A DNA stretch of 64,000 nucleotides from contig CAWEHK010000017.1 of NCBI GenBank assembly GCA_963808625.1, positions 32,001-96,000 on the forward strand. Direction: 5' to 3'. The stretch comes from an uncultured delta proteobacterium (lineage in GTDB: Bacteria; Desulfobacterota; Syntrophobacteria; Syntrophobacterales; Syntrophobacteraceae). This document shows, in pieces, positions 9,657-20,863 of this stretch. Every line of letters begins with the position of its first letter. Within the stretch, counting starts at the first letter, position 1. Below the pieces are notes generated by a model. That model saw only the letters and a program-made list of their open reading frames with translations. It was not told the origin of the DNA and did not search any database. Made by a program: the position numbers and the translations under genes.

Positions 9657-11596
9657 AGCAGAAATAATGGCGATCAAAGAGGCGATCGGTGATGGTACCA
9701 TTCAGCATATGTTGCCCGGTCAGTACTCCATCCGGTACACCGACAACACCCACCTGGAAGATGAAGACTGGACTACGCTCCTGAATGTTGAGATTGAAAA
9801 AAGACCGCCCGCTGAACGGCCACAAGAAAGCATCTCATCTCAATATGACTCTGATTTCAACGAGGCGATGCAGTTTTACGCTATTTCTGACGCTGTTAAC
9901 TCGCAGAATCCCGAACAGGCTAAGGTGCTCCGGGACATCCTCGCTCAGAGTCTTCTGCGTACAGGCATTTTGCGCCCATCGATGGAGCTTGAGGGATTCG
10001 ACGATATCCTTAAACTCGCTCGAACGAGATGCTGTCATCCTGGTACCAGACACCAATGCGCTCTCAACAGGTACTCTCCATTGGCTGCTCCATGCTTTGA
10101 GCGAGACTCAAATCTGGATCTTGCCCGTGGTTGTCTCCCTGACCCAGATTCAGCAACGGGACCAAAAGCTTAAGGGCTTGGTGAGCAAAAAAAAACTAAA
10201 TAATCTCTCGCAAGCCATACGATCAAGAACTCTTATCAATTCCTCTCTGTGTCTTCTGGAGCGTTGCCAGGAACGATATCAGGTGCTCGAAATAGATCCT
10301 CAGCTCTTGCGATACGTTCGGCCTGCCGGAAGAGGAACTGTTGACTCAGACGAGGGGGATGTGCTTGAAGATCGGCTTTTCATTGAAGCTATTCACACTG
10401 TGTTTCGTGCCACTCGAACCAGGGCAGAGAAGCGAGTGGTGACATCCGACGTGTTGCTGACAAGAATTCTTAGAGCCGAAGGCATTCCGACGCTTTTCCT
10501 GCAAACCCCGAGCTTGCCGCATGGTCGCATTCAATGCATTTATTATGAAGCCATTGCACGCAAGTTTCTCGGATCACCCCTGATTCATCTCCTGTGGGAT
10601 CTGGCTCATTGTCTCAGTAGGATCCAACTCTTGGACAGTCAGCAACAAGTTCATGTAGAGCTAGAGGCCTACTGGCCCGGCAAAACGGCGGCGGATTGGA
10701 GCCGTGAGTGCCTCCTGATCCAGACTCCCACGGCACGTCAGGAGCGGCCGCCTGAGATCTCCCCCCCCTCCAGTTCAGGTTTGTTTGGAGGCTTGTTTTC
10801 AGGTGTAACGCTGCCGGAAGCTTCTTTTCTTCAGGTTCTCCGCTTGGGCGGCGCACTCCTTCAAGGGCAGGCGCCCTTGTCCGATCTCATTATGCGAATG
10901 CCCGAGAGCAAAAGACCGAGTGACCAGGTAGCAAAGATGGCCGCCGAGTTTCTCCTCCGCGCAGGGCTTGCTGTCCCAGAAGGTAAACAATTGATCGCTA
11001 CAAAGGCATTGGAATCTTTAGACGAAGCACTGGAGCGAGGTGACTTAGATAAAGCCAGCGCCCAACTTCAAAGTTTTGGGCCGTATCGTGCAATTCTGGA
11101 AGCACTGAGGGCGAATTCCAAACTGGATTCCGATGCCGTGGGTAATGTATTAGCCAGGGAAATTGGAAAGGAACCTTCTAAGGACTCGCGTAAGAGATTC
11201 ACACAAGTTCCTATCTACCTGGGGCAGGCCTGGACACACGAATCAATGTTGTGTGATGGAACGGCAAGACCGAATGATGAAACCATCATGGACTGTTTCA
11301 GAAGGGCCTTTGATGAAAAAGCTCGAGATGGTTTATGCGCGATTACGGAGTTGCTGTTTGAATTGCGTAGATTGTTATGTATCAGCCCATGGTTTGCCTT
11401 TCAACAGCTTGCTCGTATAGTTGAAGCCAACCAGCTTGCCGAGTATTCTTTTCAGCCATCAGCAGGAAAGCCAGTAGTATCACGCTGCGAAGTAGTCAAA
11501 GGTAGACTTGTCGACCTTCAAACACTTCTAATTCCCATGGATCGTATTGAGGTCAATGGGCGTCCCGTATTCACCGTAGGCCAGAGGTCGTCATGA
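9646..11596 (+). CDS. PIN-domain protein with a long helical C-terminal region; probable frameshift near 10020
   Basis: PIN motifs ILVPDTNAL, EDRLFIE, VVTSDVLL; ORF 9646 (..DILKLAR) appears to join ORF 9785 at ERDAVILVPDTN. Confidence 0.7.
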
Positions 11597-12831
11597 CTAT
11601 GAAACTGAGTGAGCAGTTGCGTCTCAAAATAGAGTCTCCAGCTCTGGAGCAGGACCGGTTCTTTGATCGGTATGGGCTTCTCAGAAATCCTTTCCCCCCC
11701 AGTAGGACGATTATTCCTGAGATTCTATATGATCAAGAAACAGCCTATGAGCGCTTTGTGACTCTCGTCAGCGGATTTCTCAGAGACACACCGGAGCGCC
11801 GGTCGATGGGGATATTAGGTGGGACTGGCGGAGGGAAAACCCACTTTCTTCGGCACTGCCGATGGCAATTGGAAGAGTTTTGCCGGGAAAGCGATTACCG
11901 GTTTGTGTTGGTGGAATTCGCAGCGGGTGCGGGAAAGGTTCAGGATATAGTTCGCGAAGCATTCAGAGGGGCGGATACAATATGCAATGATCATTGTGGG
12001 GCTGACTTCATAACATCTCTTTTGGCAGAATTGCAGAAGAGGGACGACAGCGAGGAGATCCTCAAATCAATTCAACATGACGAGCTCCATTCGGCATTAT
12101 CTAGACTGCTGAAGGTTTCTCGCTCAGGCTACCGACCGTCGAACACACGTGGGCAATATGGCTTTGAGACATTGCGTGAGCTATTTCGCAGATGGTTGCA
12201 TGGAGGCACGCTCAGCCAGACAGAACGAAAGCACCTAGGAGTGTTTTTAAGGATTGGCACTGCTTCAGTGGCTTCCAGGGTTTTGCGTGAAACATTCACT
12301 GTGGCCAGATATTTGAAAATCATTCATGGCATGTTACTTTGCCTCGACGAGATCGAAACTCTTTTCACAGGACTTCGTCCGGCTCAATATCAGGCCTTTC
12401 TCCAAGACCTTAGATATCTGTATGATGAAGCGGTGAAAGATACTTCCGGTTACTCCCTGCTTGTGTTGTCGGCCTCGACGAATACGGGTGCCAATACACT
12501 TTTGAATATCAACTATCCCGTATATCAGAGACTGGGTTTTGAGCAGCCGGCGCGAGTCACTCTCGTTCCCATCGACGGTCAGTTGGATGCAAGAAATTTT
12601 GCCAATGTTTATATCGAACATGGGCATGAAGAATGGAGCCGGAGAACGAACGCCGAACCGTGTTCCGACCCTAAGACCATTCTCACTGACCAGGATATCA
12701 GGGAGGTTTACGATTCTGTTCTCAAATCGACCGATCCTGATCTGCGAAAAGTCGGACAAGTGAATCAGGCGCCTCTGTTGGATGCACTTTTCCATAAAGT
12801 CGAGGGGAAAAGGCTCCTGAACAAACAGTAG
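11593..12831 (+). CDS. P-loop ATPase, BrxD/DUF2791-like
   Basis: GLLRNPF N-terminus, Walker A GGTGGGKT, distant Walker B LLCLDEIETL preceded by RRWLHG..LSQTERKHLGV; ATGA overlap with the PIN gene. Confidence 0.8.
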   Translation: MTMKLSEQLRLKIESPALEQDRFFDRYGLLRNPFPPSRTIIPEILYDQETAYERFVTLVSGFLRDTPERRSMGILGGTGGGKTHFLRHCRWQLEEFCRESDYRFVLVEFAAGAGKVQDIVREAFRGADTICNDHCGADFITSLLAELQKRDDSEEILKSIQHDELHSALSRLLKVSRSGYRPSNTRGQYGFETLRELFRRWLHGGTLSQTERKHLGVFLRIGTASVASRVLRETFTVARYLKIIHGMLLCLDEIETLFTGLRPAQYQAFLQDLRYLYDEAVKDTSGYSLLVLSASTNTGANTLLNINYPVYQRLGFEQPARVTLVPIDGQLDARNFANVYIEHGHEEWSRRTNAEPCSDPKTILTDQDIREVYDSVLKSTDPDLRKVGQVNQAPLLDALFHKVEGKRLLNKQ

Positions 12832-13062
12832 TATACTTCAGGAATGACAGTGTGGCGGGGGAGAGGGACTACTCCCAACCAAGACCTGCGCACAATCGTG
12901 AGGACGTCACACCACTCACCATATCAAAGGAACACTCCAGAACTTGCCAGATCCTTGAACACCGGATTGAATTCTTGCACACTTGAAATGGATATCTTAC
13001 GCTGCCTTCGTGTTTCTGATCAGTTGGAGACCCACCCCCGGCCAAGAAGCAGGAGACAATCC

Positions 13063-13222
13063 ATGAAATTCGACCAGGTGGTCGATATTTATCAGGAGTA
13101 CCACAAAATGAATTCTGGGAAAAAATACGATTGAGTCGTACGATATTACGCTCTTCAAACTCCATGATTATTTCGGCAAAGACCGATATCTTGCCGCCAT
13201 CAACAACGAGGGATACTCTGAA
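13063..13222 (+). pseudogene. N-terminal fragment of a tyrosine recombinase/integrase
   Basis: RBS aggaga, MKFDQVVDIYQEYHKMNSGK then -1 frame at gggaaaaaat into KNTIESYDITLFKLHDYFG; no catalytic domain follows. Confidence 0.55.
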
Positions 13223-14056
13223 GTGGGACATCATTATACACCGCAATACTACCTAAAGGGCTTCGTTGATTCCGAGGGACACATTTGGGTCTATGAAAAA
13301 GGGTCTGGCACACCTTTTCGAACAGGACTGAAGAATGTAGGGCATGAAACCGGATTTTATTCTGCTGCTATGGAACAGTATCTGGCCAATCAGATTGAAG
13401 GGCCAGCAAATCGTGTTATTGAAAAGATTAGAGCAAGAGACCAAATCTCAGCTTCAGAGAAGATTACTCTGGTGCGGTATATGGTGGCGCTAATGAAGAG
13501 GGTGCCAAAAAGCAAAGAGCGCATTAAGGGATTAGCCCCGCAAGCAGCACCGAAGACTTTGAAGGAATTTGAGGCCGAAGTTGATGGTATTTTGTTGCCG
13601 GATAAAACCAAGACTGACTTCATGCAGAAAGCACGGGTGATATTTGAAAAATTTGCCAAAAATCCACCAAAAGAAATTTGGCTAGAAATGATTCCACCTC
13701 ATACATCTCCTATGGTCGTGGAGGTAATCAGTACCATGACCTGGATCTTTCTAACGAATGACTCGGGCCCTGTGTTTCTGACGAATGATAATCCCGTATT
13801 CTTTTTCGAAAGCTTGGGGATTGGCAAGCCGGACTCTGAAATAACGTTCCCGATTTCCAATGATATTTCCTTATGGGCCACCTGGAGGAAGAACATTCAA
13901 GACTGCATATATTCTGCGATCCGGCCTCATGGCATTAGAGAGATTAATAGGCGAACTGCAAGTAATGCGACTCGCTACGTCTTTCATTCCACTAATGAAA
14001 AATGGATACCAACCTTCATAAATAAAGTTCACAGGCTAAATTTGATGAAAAGCTAA
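13223..14056 (+). CDS. DUF4238 domain protein
   Basis: HHYTPQYYLKGF N-terminus, FLTNDNPV, ITFPIS, EINRRT...RYVF. Confidence 0.8.
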   Translation: MGHHYTPQYYLKGFVDSEGHIWVYEKGSGTPFRTGLKNVGHETGFYSAAMEQYLANQIEGPANRVIEKIRARDQISASEKITLVRYMVALMKRVPKSKERIKGLAPQAAPKTLKEFEAEVDGILLPDKTKTDFMQKARVIFEKFAKNPPKEIWLEMIPPHTSPMVVEVISTMTWIFLTNDSGPVFLTNDNPVFFFESLGIGKPDSEITFPISNDISLWATWRKNIQDCIYSAIRPHGIREINRRTASNATRYVFHSTNEKWIPTFINKVHRLNLMKS

Positions 14057-14210
14057 AGGGGACCGGGTTTCTACGAACTCCCGTATACGAGACTGAAGGC
14101 CAGTTTTTACACTATAGGGTCGGACCAATCATCTGCATGAACATATGGCTTCTTGGCGGCGGCTCAACTACATTATAGAGGGCCTCTGCCACTCCCTCTG
14201 TGGAATCTCA

Positions 14211-16907
14211 TCACCTTATCATGTTGGTAAAACCCCCCATAAGTTCTTCAACAAGCCGAGCAATTTCGTCCCTCTGCCTTGCCCCAAAGCCCTCTGTGAC
14301 TGGAATGATTGTTTCATCCAGCAGCGCTCGCACAGGAATCATGTAACCCGACATGAGTTTTACCTCTTCTAGTTTTCCGTGGAGACGGACGGTCAACACC
14401 TTCTCTTTTTCCATAGAGCGACTACATTTTTGGGTGGCAACGCAGAATCCACCTAATCCCTGCCACAACAACTCACCTTTTTCGACTTCGTCCTGAGCTA
14501 ATCCCTCCCGCAATTGAGCTGGGGTAAGGCCGACCAATGCTTGTTCAAGTGTACGGAGCGCTTGACCCCTTCGCGTCAGCTGCTGCCATGAACTCTGGAG
14601 ATGATCCAAAGAGGATGAATCCTGAACGTCTGTGGTTGGATGTCGAAGAAGCTTGGAAAGCTGTTCGGCTATTTCGGTCTTGTCACCGCCATGCCAGAGC
14701 CAGGGCAATCGTGCCACGGACAGAATACTGGCAAACCTGAAACGCGCGTTATCAATGTATTGTTGAATCGAACCGTCAGGAAGTGCCAGAGCCCACATGA
14801 CCAGTGTCGCCGAGAGTTCGCTCGAAATCATGCTTGCGGCAAAATTGACGGGAGACTCACTTGAACGATAGCGATGTTCAAGCCAGCCAATGTGCCTATC
14901 AGCCTCTGAAGTAATAAACAAAGGTGACCATATCCGCTGTGTGCATTCTACGAATTCATTTTGGCTGAGCCATCCCTCACGAAGCCCCGTGCGCAAAAGG
15001 ATCGCACTAAGTTTGATATCATCAGCCAAATGCTCCGGGGGACGTCGCTCAAGATAGTCTCAACCAGCCATCACTTGAATGACCTGTTCTATTATCTGTC
15101 TGGCTTTTTTGCGTTCTTTTTCGGTTTCGCTCTTGGGAGGGTGAGGTTTCTGTTTCGGAGTTTTCGCTCCGGGAAGGATCTTTATTTTGGTATCAACGGT
15201 TTCACCATCTGTCTCGTTCCCGTCATCGTCCGTTATTGTGTCAGGTAAATCGAATTCCTTTTCACCTCCTTCATATCCAGGCGCCCCAAACCATTGAAGA
15301 AACATTTGTCTCAGACTTCCCAAGCGATCTTCTCCGGACCCGAAAGTCTTTACGCTTCTGATAACAGGGAAGCTATAAGAGTCAGCAAATACATCCTCTT
15401 CGGTAAATTCTAAGACGTTTACGGCTTGGTTTCCTACACCGCCACTCGAAAAAGCAGGAGCGCGGGAAGGTATGTACCGAAGATGTCTGCAGAAAACTTC
15501 GATTACTTCAGTCCACGCTCCCAGGTTCCATACACCGGGCCTCACGTTCCTATGTATTGATTCTGATACTGCTCGCCCCCATGAAGTAGAACGGAGCTCC
15601 TTTTCGATATCTATCCACATGAGAATGGAACGTATTGGGAGGCCCTTACTCGATCCTTCGAAAAAGACAGTACGCGGCGGGTTGCGTGGAGTCTTGACTG
15701 TTGCGATGCGATCGCTAATCAATTGAAATTCGGTTGGGCTTTCATCCACTTGACAGCCTGTCAACTGCGCGTTGTGGGCACATTTAAAAGCCACTCGGAG
15801 TTCTTGGCCTTCCAAGCGGGCTCCCAGAATCTGGATTCCGGCTTGCTCGCTGGGAGTCTCATCTTGCTCCAACAAATCATCGGGTAATTGAATAGGTTCA
15901 TCGAGTATTTCAAAATGATTTAGATATTGATCCTTAAAATCTGAACGATTGAATCGCTGGATAGCCAGAAGTTCAGCATTCCCGGAATTCCCTGGAATGG
16001 TTAGGGCTGCCCGTGAGCAATTGGCGCTCCCGGCAAACACGGTGACTTCATCCCCTCGCTGGAAAGCATAGAACTTTGCATGCAGAAAAGGCTGGCGATC
16101 TGTATTTGTCTCGGAGGAACGGGTAAAGTCTATCGGAACTACTCTTGTGAGTGGTAACTTTGATGCGATATTCTTGGTAAAACCCGATCCTCCCTTTTGA
16201 ACCAGCACTTCAGATTCACCAGGTTGCACTCGATTTATGAATTCCTGTAACGCGGCACCCTCTGTATCAAAGTACGGAGAACAGCAAATGAATCTCTCTA
16301 TAGGCCCTGAGCCCTGAAATCGTAGCATTTGGCCCAAGAGGGCTTCACCTTCGGTTATTCTACCAATTAACATCCCAGGCTCTTCGAGCCTTGTAGCCCA
16401 ACTGCGGGTATTGCCGTCAAAAGCCTCCTCTATTTCAGCTTTAACGGAGTTATTCAAGGGGACTCTCTCCAGGATTTTCCGGAGGTAATCATTAAAAGCT
16501 GCAAATGCTGCCGTACCATCCGTTCCTGAATCAAATCGAATCCAGACTTCAACATTTTCACGCCATCCACCAAACGTAAGATTGCCACTACCAATAAAAA
16601 GTGTCGCTTTGTTGGAAGCGGACAGGAGGACAGCTTTAGGGTGGAAGCAAAAACCCGACTCCAAAAGGATAGGTACGACCCGGAATCGGATTCCGAGACC
16701 GCTAAGCACCTTGGATTGATATGCAAATGTCTCGGCAGCGCAATGAGCATCTGCAAAAATCGTTATGGCGGGTTGGCCGCAGCGTTTAAGCGCAGGGAGA
16801 ACGACGAGTTGAAAAAAAACAAAATCAATATTGTGGGTAAGGATAATCACATTGGTGACATCCTTCTCCTTCTCTATGAGGCTGATAAGATCTGAAATCA
16901 TGGACAC
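14211..16907 (-). CDS. Large phospholipase-D-superfamily (double HxK) putative nuclease with an in-frame TGA at 15062-15060
   Basis: FHPKAVLL...FIGSGNLT and FLHAKFYAF...AGSANCS; ORFs 15060-16907 and 14211-15029 share a frame, separated only by one TGA. Confidence 0.75.
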
Positions 16908-16915
16908 CGCTCCAT

Positions 16916-18454
16916 CTATCCGACGAACGCTCTCCCTTCATCGTTCAGTGCAAATTTGCCGCCTTCTTCCCGATCACACAGACCCAGATCTGCCAGCATT
17001 CCAAGCACATTGGTTAGTCGGTCTCCACTAAAACCGGCAGCCACAGTCTTGCCGGTGGGCCTAAGTAAATCCCCTTCCGGATAGAATCGGAGAGAGCACT
17101 TTTGTCCTTGTCCCATTTTTCGAAGAGTTGTGGTCAGATGAGGTTCAATCGCAGTTTCTATTAGAGCAGAAGACAGGATCTCACCAACGGTCTTTTGCGC
17201 ACCGTTCTGCAGAAGGGTAAAGATCCGTTCCATGTAGTGGTCGCGTTTAGGAATCTTTCCCGCTCCCCTGAGCTGTTCAGTCAGCCGCTGGCAATTCAGG
17301 AGCATTGCCAGCGCATATAAGGCTTGGGGGAATGGCGTCAGCGTGCGGCCAGTTTTTCGATCCAAGGGGCCGTTCAAGAATGCACCAACAGGCAAACGGT
17401 CATTGATCTCGCCAAGCTTTGTCTCCAGGGGGACAGAATCAAATTGCAGGATTTCCGTTAACAGAGAAGGGAGTCTTTCAGAACTTGGCCAGGCATCCAG
17501 TATTTGCTGAACGGTTGCCTCGGTCAAATCCATCAGGGTGTCTGTGAGCGCACAGAGGAGAAGCTCTAAAGAAGAATGAACCCTTCTTCGAAGTTCGTAT
17601 TCCGCCCATGCTAATTGCGTATCTGAAAGGTTGGCCTGATTCCCGACTACAGCATCCCGAAAATTCTCGAAAATCAAGTCGTTCGAGGATTTGCCCGTGC
17701 TGCTAATCCCCGCCAGAGCCCAGCGCACCGTTGCATTGAAGCATCGGTAGGACTCAAGAACGGTATTATCCTTCAGGTAAGGAGTGAAAAACGACGCTCG
17801 CAGAAGCTCGAGTTCTCTGCTGTTATGACCAAGCCCATTTAACGAGAAGTGATGTCCTTCTCGTTTTATGGCCTCAAGGTTCAACAGACCCCCATCCAGG
17901 ATGAGCTTTGTCAACTCGCTTTGCCCAAGAGTCTCGCGCCGAGCCTTGTGTATGTCCTCTCCTCTGGGCACAATTTCAACGGGCACATCTGTGTCGCCTG
18001 CTGGTGCTGCCAAAATCCCGAAAGAACGGCATGGCATTATGTACGTCCCATAAGATGCCCCGTGATGGTCGGAGGATATCTCAACGCGGTGGTTGCTGAG
18101 TAACTCAGCCAGCTCACCCGCATAGAGATCTGAACCAAGAACACCGTATGTAATCCCTGACTCACCCCATTCTGTGCCGATTTTCGAGGCTGCGAGAACG
18201 ACGAATTCCATTCGGCTGAGCACCTTTGAATAGCGTGCTGCATCGAAATGTCCTTTCCCTCCGCCTTCATTGATCTCCTTTCGGAAGAATTCCGCTGTGA
18301 TCCAGGGGAGCAGCGAAAGATACCTCGCCCGGTATGAAATAGTCGTAATGCCCGCGACCCATTTGCGTTCGATATTTTGATCCAGTTGTCGCAGCCCCAG
18401 GATGTCTAAGCCTTGGATTTTTTCTCTTTCACCAGAATTCCAAAAGCATTGCAT
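16916..18454 (-). CDS. Uncharacterised partner of the PLD protein (DUF6361-like N-terminus)
   Basis: GLDILGLR...[32 protein letters not shown]-terminal wHTH-like LGMLADLGL...ALNDEGR; 8 nt upstream of the PLD gene. Confidence 0.65.
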   Translation of the reverse strand: MQCFWNSGEREKIQGLDILGLRQLDQNIERKWVAGITTISYRARYLSLLPWITAEFFRKEINEGGGKGHFDAARYSKVLSRMEFVVLAASKIGTEWGESGITYGVLGSDLYAGELAELLSNHRVEISSDHHGASYGTYIMPCRSFGILAAPAGDTDVPVEIVPRGEDIHKARRETLGQSELTKLILDGGLLNLEAIKREGHHFSLNGLGHNSRELELLRASFFTPYLKDNTVLESYRCFNATVRWALAGISSTGKSSNDLIFENFRDAVVGNQANLSDTQLAWAEYELRRRVHSSLELLLCALTDTLMDLTEATVQQILDAWPSSERLPSLLTEILQFDSVPLETKLGEINDRLPVGAFLNGPLDRKTGRTLTPFPQALYALAMLLNCQRLTEQLRGAGKIPKRDHYMERIFTLLQNGAQKTVGEILSSALIETAIEPHLTTTLRKMGQGQKCSLRFYPEGDLLRPTGKTVAAGFSGDRLTNVLGMLADLGLCDREEGGKFALNDEGRAFVG

Positions 18455-18742
18455 ACCGAGTCCAGTCTCAATGAGGCGAAATAGGTTGTTTCCATGTCGG
18501 AGCTCAAACTCGAAAACAGTTTTAAGTGTTCACCGAAATGGGGATTTTCTTGGAACCTGTCCGATGAAGAGCAAACCTTATGCCAGCGCAATCAGTGGTA
18601 ATGAGCGCTTCGTGCCCATGAGTTGAAAGGCAGAGTAACTTCACAATGGATACGGAAAAAGGAACGGGTAAAGAATATTATGCTATCGGAAAGAATTTCA
18701 TGAATTGGCAATCATTGCCTGTGAGATAGGCTTGAGATCCTT

Positions 18743-20856
18743 CTATCCTGGATTGCCCTTAAAAATGTCCACGATCGTTTCAAGCAGGGCCGCATCTCAA
18801 GGTCGTTGGCGCCGATGCTGAACCAGCTGTCCGGTTTCTGGTAGATGTCGAAGCCGCGGCCGACCTTGATTTTCCAGCCATTGTCCAGGCGGATTTCCCG
18901 GTCGTGCTGGTGTTGGTTGTAGGTGACATTCAGCTTGATGCCGTGATCGATCAGGCTTGATGCCAGCGCCTGGAACTTTTCGTCCGCTTCCTTCCGCTGG
19001 GACTCGTCATCAAATCCGGTGGTGAGATTGATCGTATGCGCCGATCCGATCTTTACCACCAGCTCGCAAAACCGCACGAAATTGGCTAATCTGATGTTGA
19101 GAACGGATGTACGGGTCTTCAATGTCGATGACTTTTGCTCCCCGCAGATAGTCGCCGAAAAGAGCCTCATACGTAAGCCGGTATCACCATAAAAGATCTT
19201 GGAGTGTTTCTCCTTCAGTTCTTCTCAGGAGGGGGTAGAGGCTCCGGCTCCGGTTGGATCACTTCCGTGGTCACCACCGCGGGCTCCGGCTTGACCTGCA
19301 TCTCCTCATCAGGCCTCTTTCCTGCGCTCCTTCTCCCGCGGCCGGGTTTTCTCCTGCATCAGCCCCGGCAGCACCCGCCTCTTGGGTTCTGCGTCGCTCC
19401 TGCGTCTTTGGATTCCGGGCACCAGACGATGACTTCCTCACCCGGATCTTGATATACGAAAGATTGATGCTGGCGAACTCGTCGTCGGCTTTGCGCTTGT
19501 TCATCTGTTCCTTGACCCGCCGCCGGCCCTCAAGCGCGTAGTCCAAATATTGCGTCAACTCCTCCCGGGTCGGCTTCTCCGTCGGGATGCAGCAGCTTCA
19601 AAAAGGCCGCAACGGTCTTCTTGATCGCCACTTCGTCCCGACCCTCGAGCGCCTGCCCAAGCCGGCAATGTCGGTTCACGTATTCATAGCGGTTCATCTG
19701 CTGGCTCAAGTGGTGGAAGACTTCCGCCAAATAATCGGTGATGAAGCCGTAATTGGTGGTCAAATACTCACTGCTGTTCTTGGGCATTTCCCAGCCGGGC
19801 AGATAGGTGTGGAAGCGATCCATCACCGCCAGGTCGAAAGACATCCGGGAGCGGAATGAACAGGTCGAACTGCGTGGAATTGACCAATTGATCGATGGAA
19901 TGGTCGATGTTCCCGATAAAGCCAAGGCTGGCGTTGGCAATCACCTCGACGCCCCGCGAGAACCGCCCGTTGGCCATGTAATCTTTCAGAATGTCGATGG
20001 TGCTCTGAGTCCTTGATCTTGACGCCGCCGACTTCATCGAAGGCCATCATGTCCCAGAAGCCAACCAGGCCGACCTGCCTCTTGGCGTTGTTGTAAAGCA
20101 GGACGGACGTGCTCGCCTGCCCGCCGCTGACGAGCGTCGAGTAGGGGGAAAATTCACTGAACACGTAGGATTTGCCCGTGCCCCGTGGCCCCAGTTCAAT
20201 GAAGTTGTAGTTGGCCTCCACAAAACCAAAGAGCCGCGCCAGGAAATGGAATTTTACCCGCAGGGTGAGCTTTGACGGCTCCAGCCCGATGGAGCGGATC
20301 AACACGTCCATCCATTCATCCCGGGTGAATTTGTCGCGCTCCGCGAGGAATCATCGGAATTGAAGCGTGACAGCTGGATGGGCCGAAGATCCTCGATGTA
20401 AAAGGCGTAATCATCGTCATCCACGTCGTTGTGGGCCACGCGTTACCTCCGCCCAGATGCCGCCCTCCAGCAGCCGCTCGTTGTTCCGGTAGAATTTGTC
20501 GTGGATGGCGATCCGCCGGGAATTGAAATTCTCCATCTCCGCCCAGTGCCGCTTTTCGCTCTCCACATATTTGACGTGGATTTTGTCGATGAACTTGTGC
20601 TTGCCCTTTCTGTTGCACCAGGGATTGGGCCCTGTTGGCTTCGTCCGGGCGCACGTAGTTCTTCTGAATCGTCTCGATCACCGCGCGATGCCGGCATGGA
20701 TTTCATCCGGGTCATCGGTGGCGCAGAACTTGGCCAGCAGGAACTCCAGCACAAAAGACGGCACGTTCGTTCCCTTCTTGATCTGATGCAGCAGGTCTTT
20801 GCGGACCACGCGGCCCGGGTAGGCTTCATTCAGTTTGATTGATCAAGAGCATCCAT
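18743..20856 (-). CDS. brxL: BREX BrxL AAA+ protein with MIT_C (PLD-like) tail; multiple frameshifts
   Basis: GRVVRKDL..NVPSFVLEFLL, NYNFIELGPRGTGKSY, LVGFWD..AFDEV, LKDYMANGRFSRG, DRFHTYLPGWEMPK, GRDEVAIKKTV; tail HDREIRLDNGWKIKVGRGFDIYQKP. Confidence 0.85.
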
Positions 20857-20863
20857 GAGCTTA

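Noticed and set aside
9785..10020. Predicted N-terminus of the 603-aa ORF
   Set aside because: Looks off-frame; the overlapping 9646 ORF is a more plausible N-terminus joined by a frameshift
15020..15062. Selenocysteine recoding of the in-frame TGA
   Set aside because: No convincing SECIS hairpin downstream and no redox-motif context
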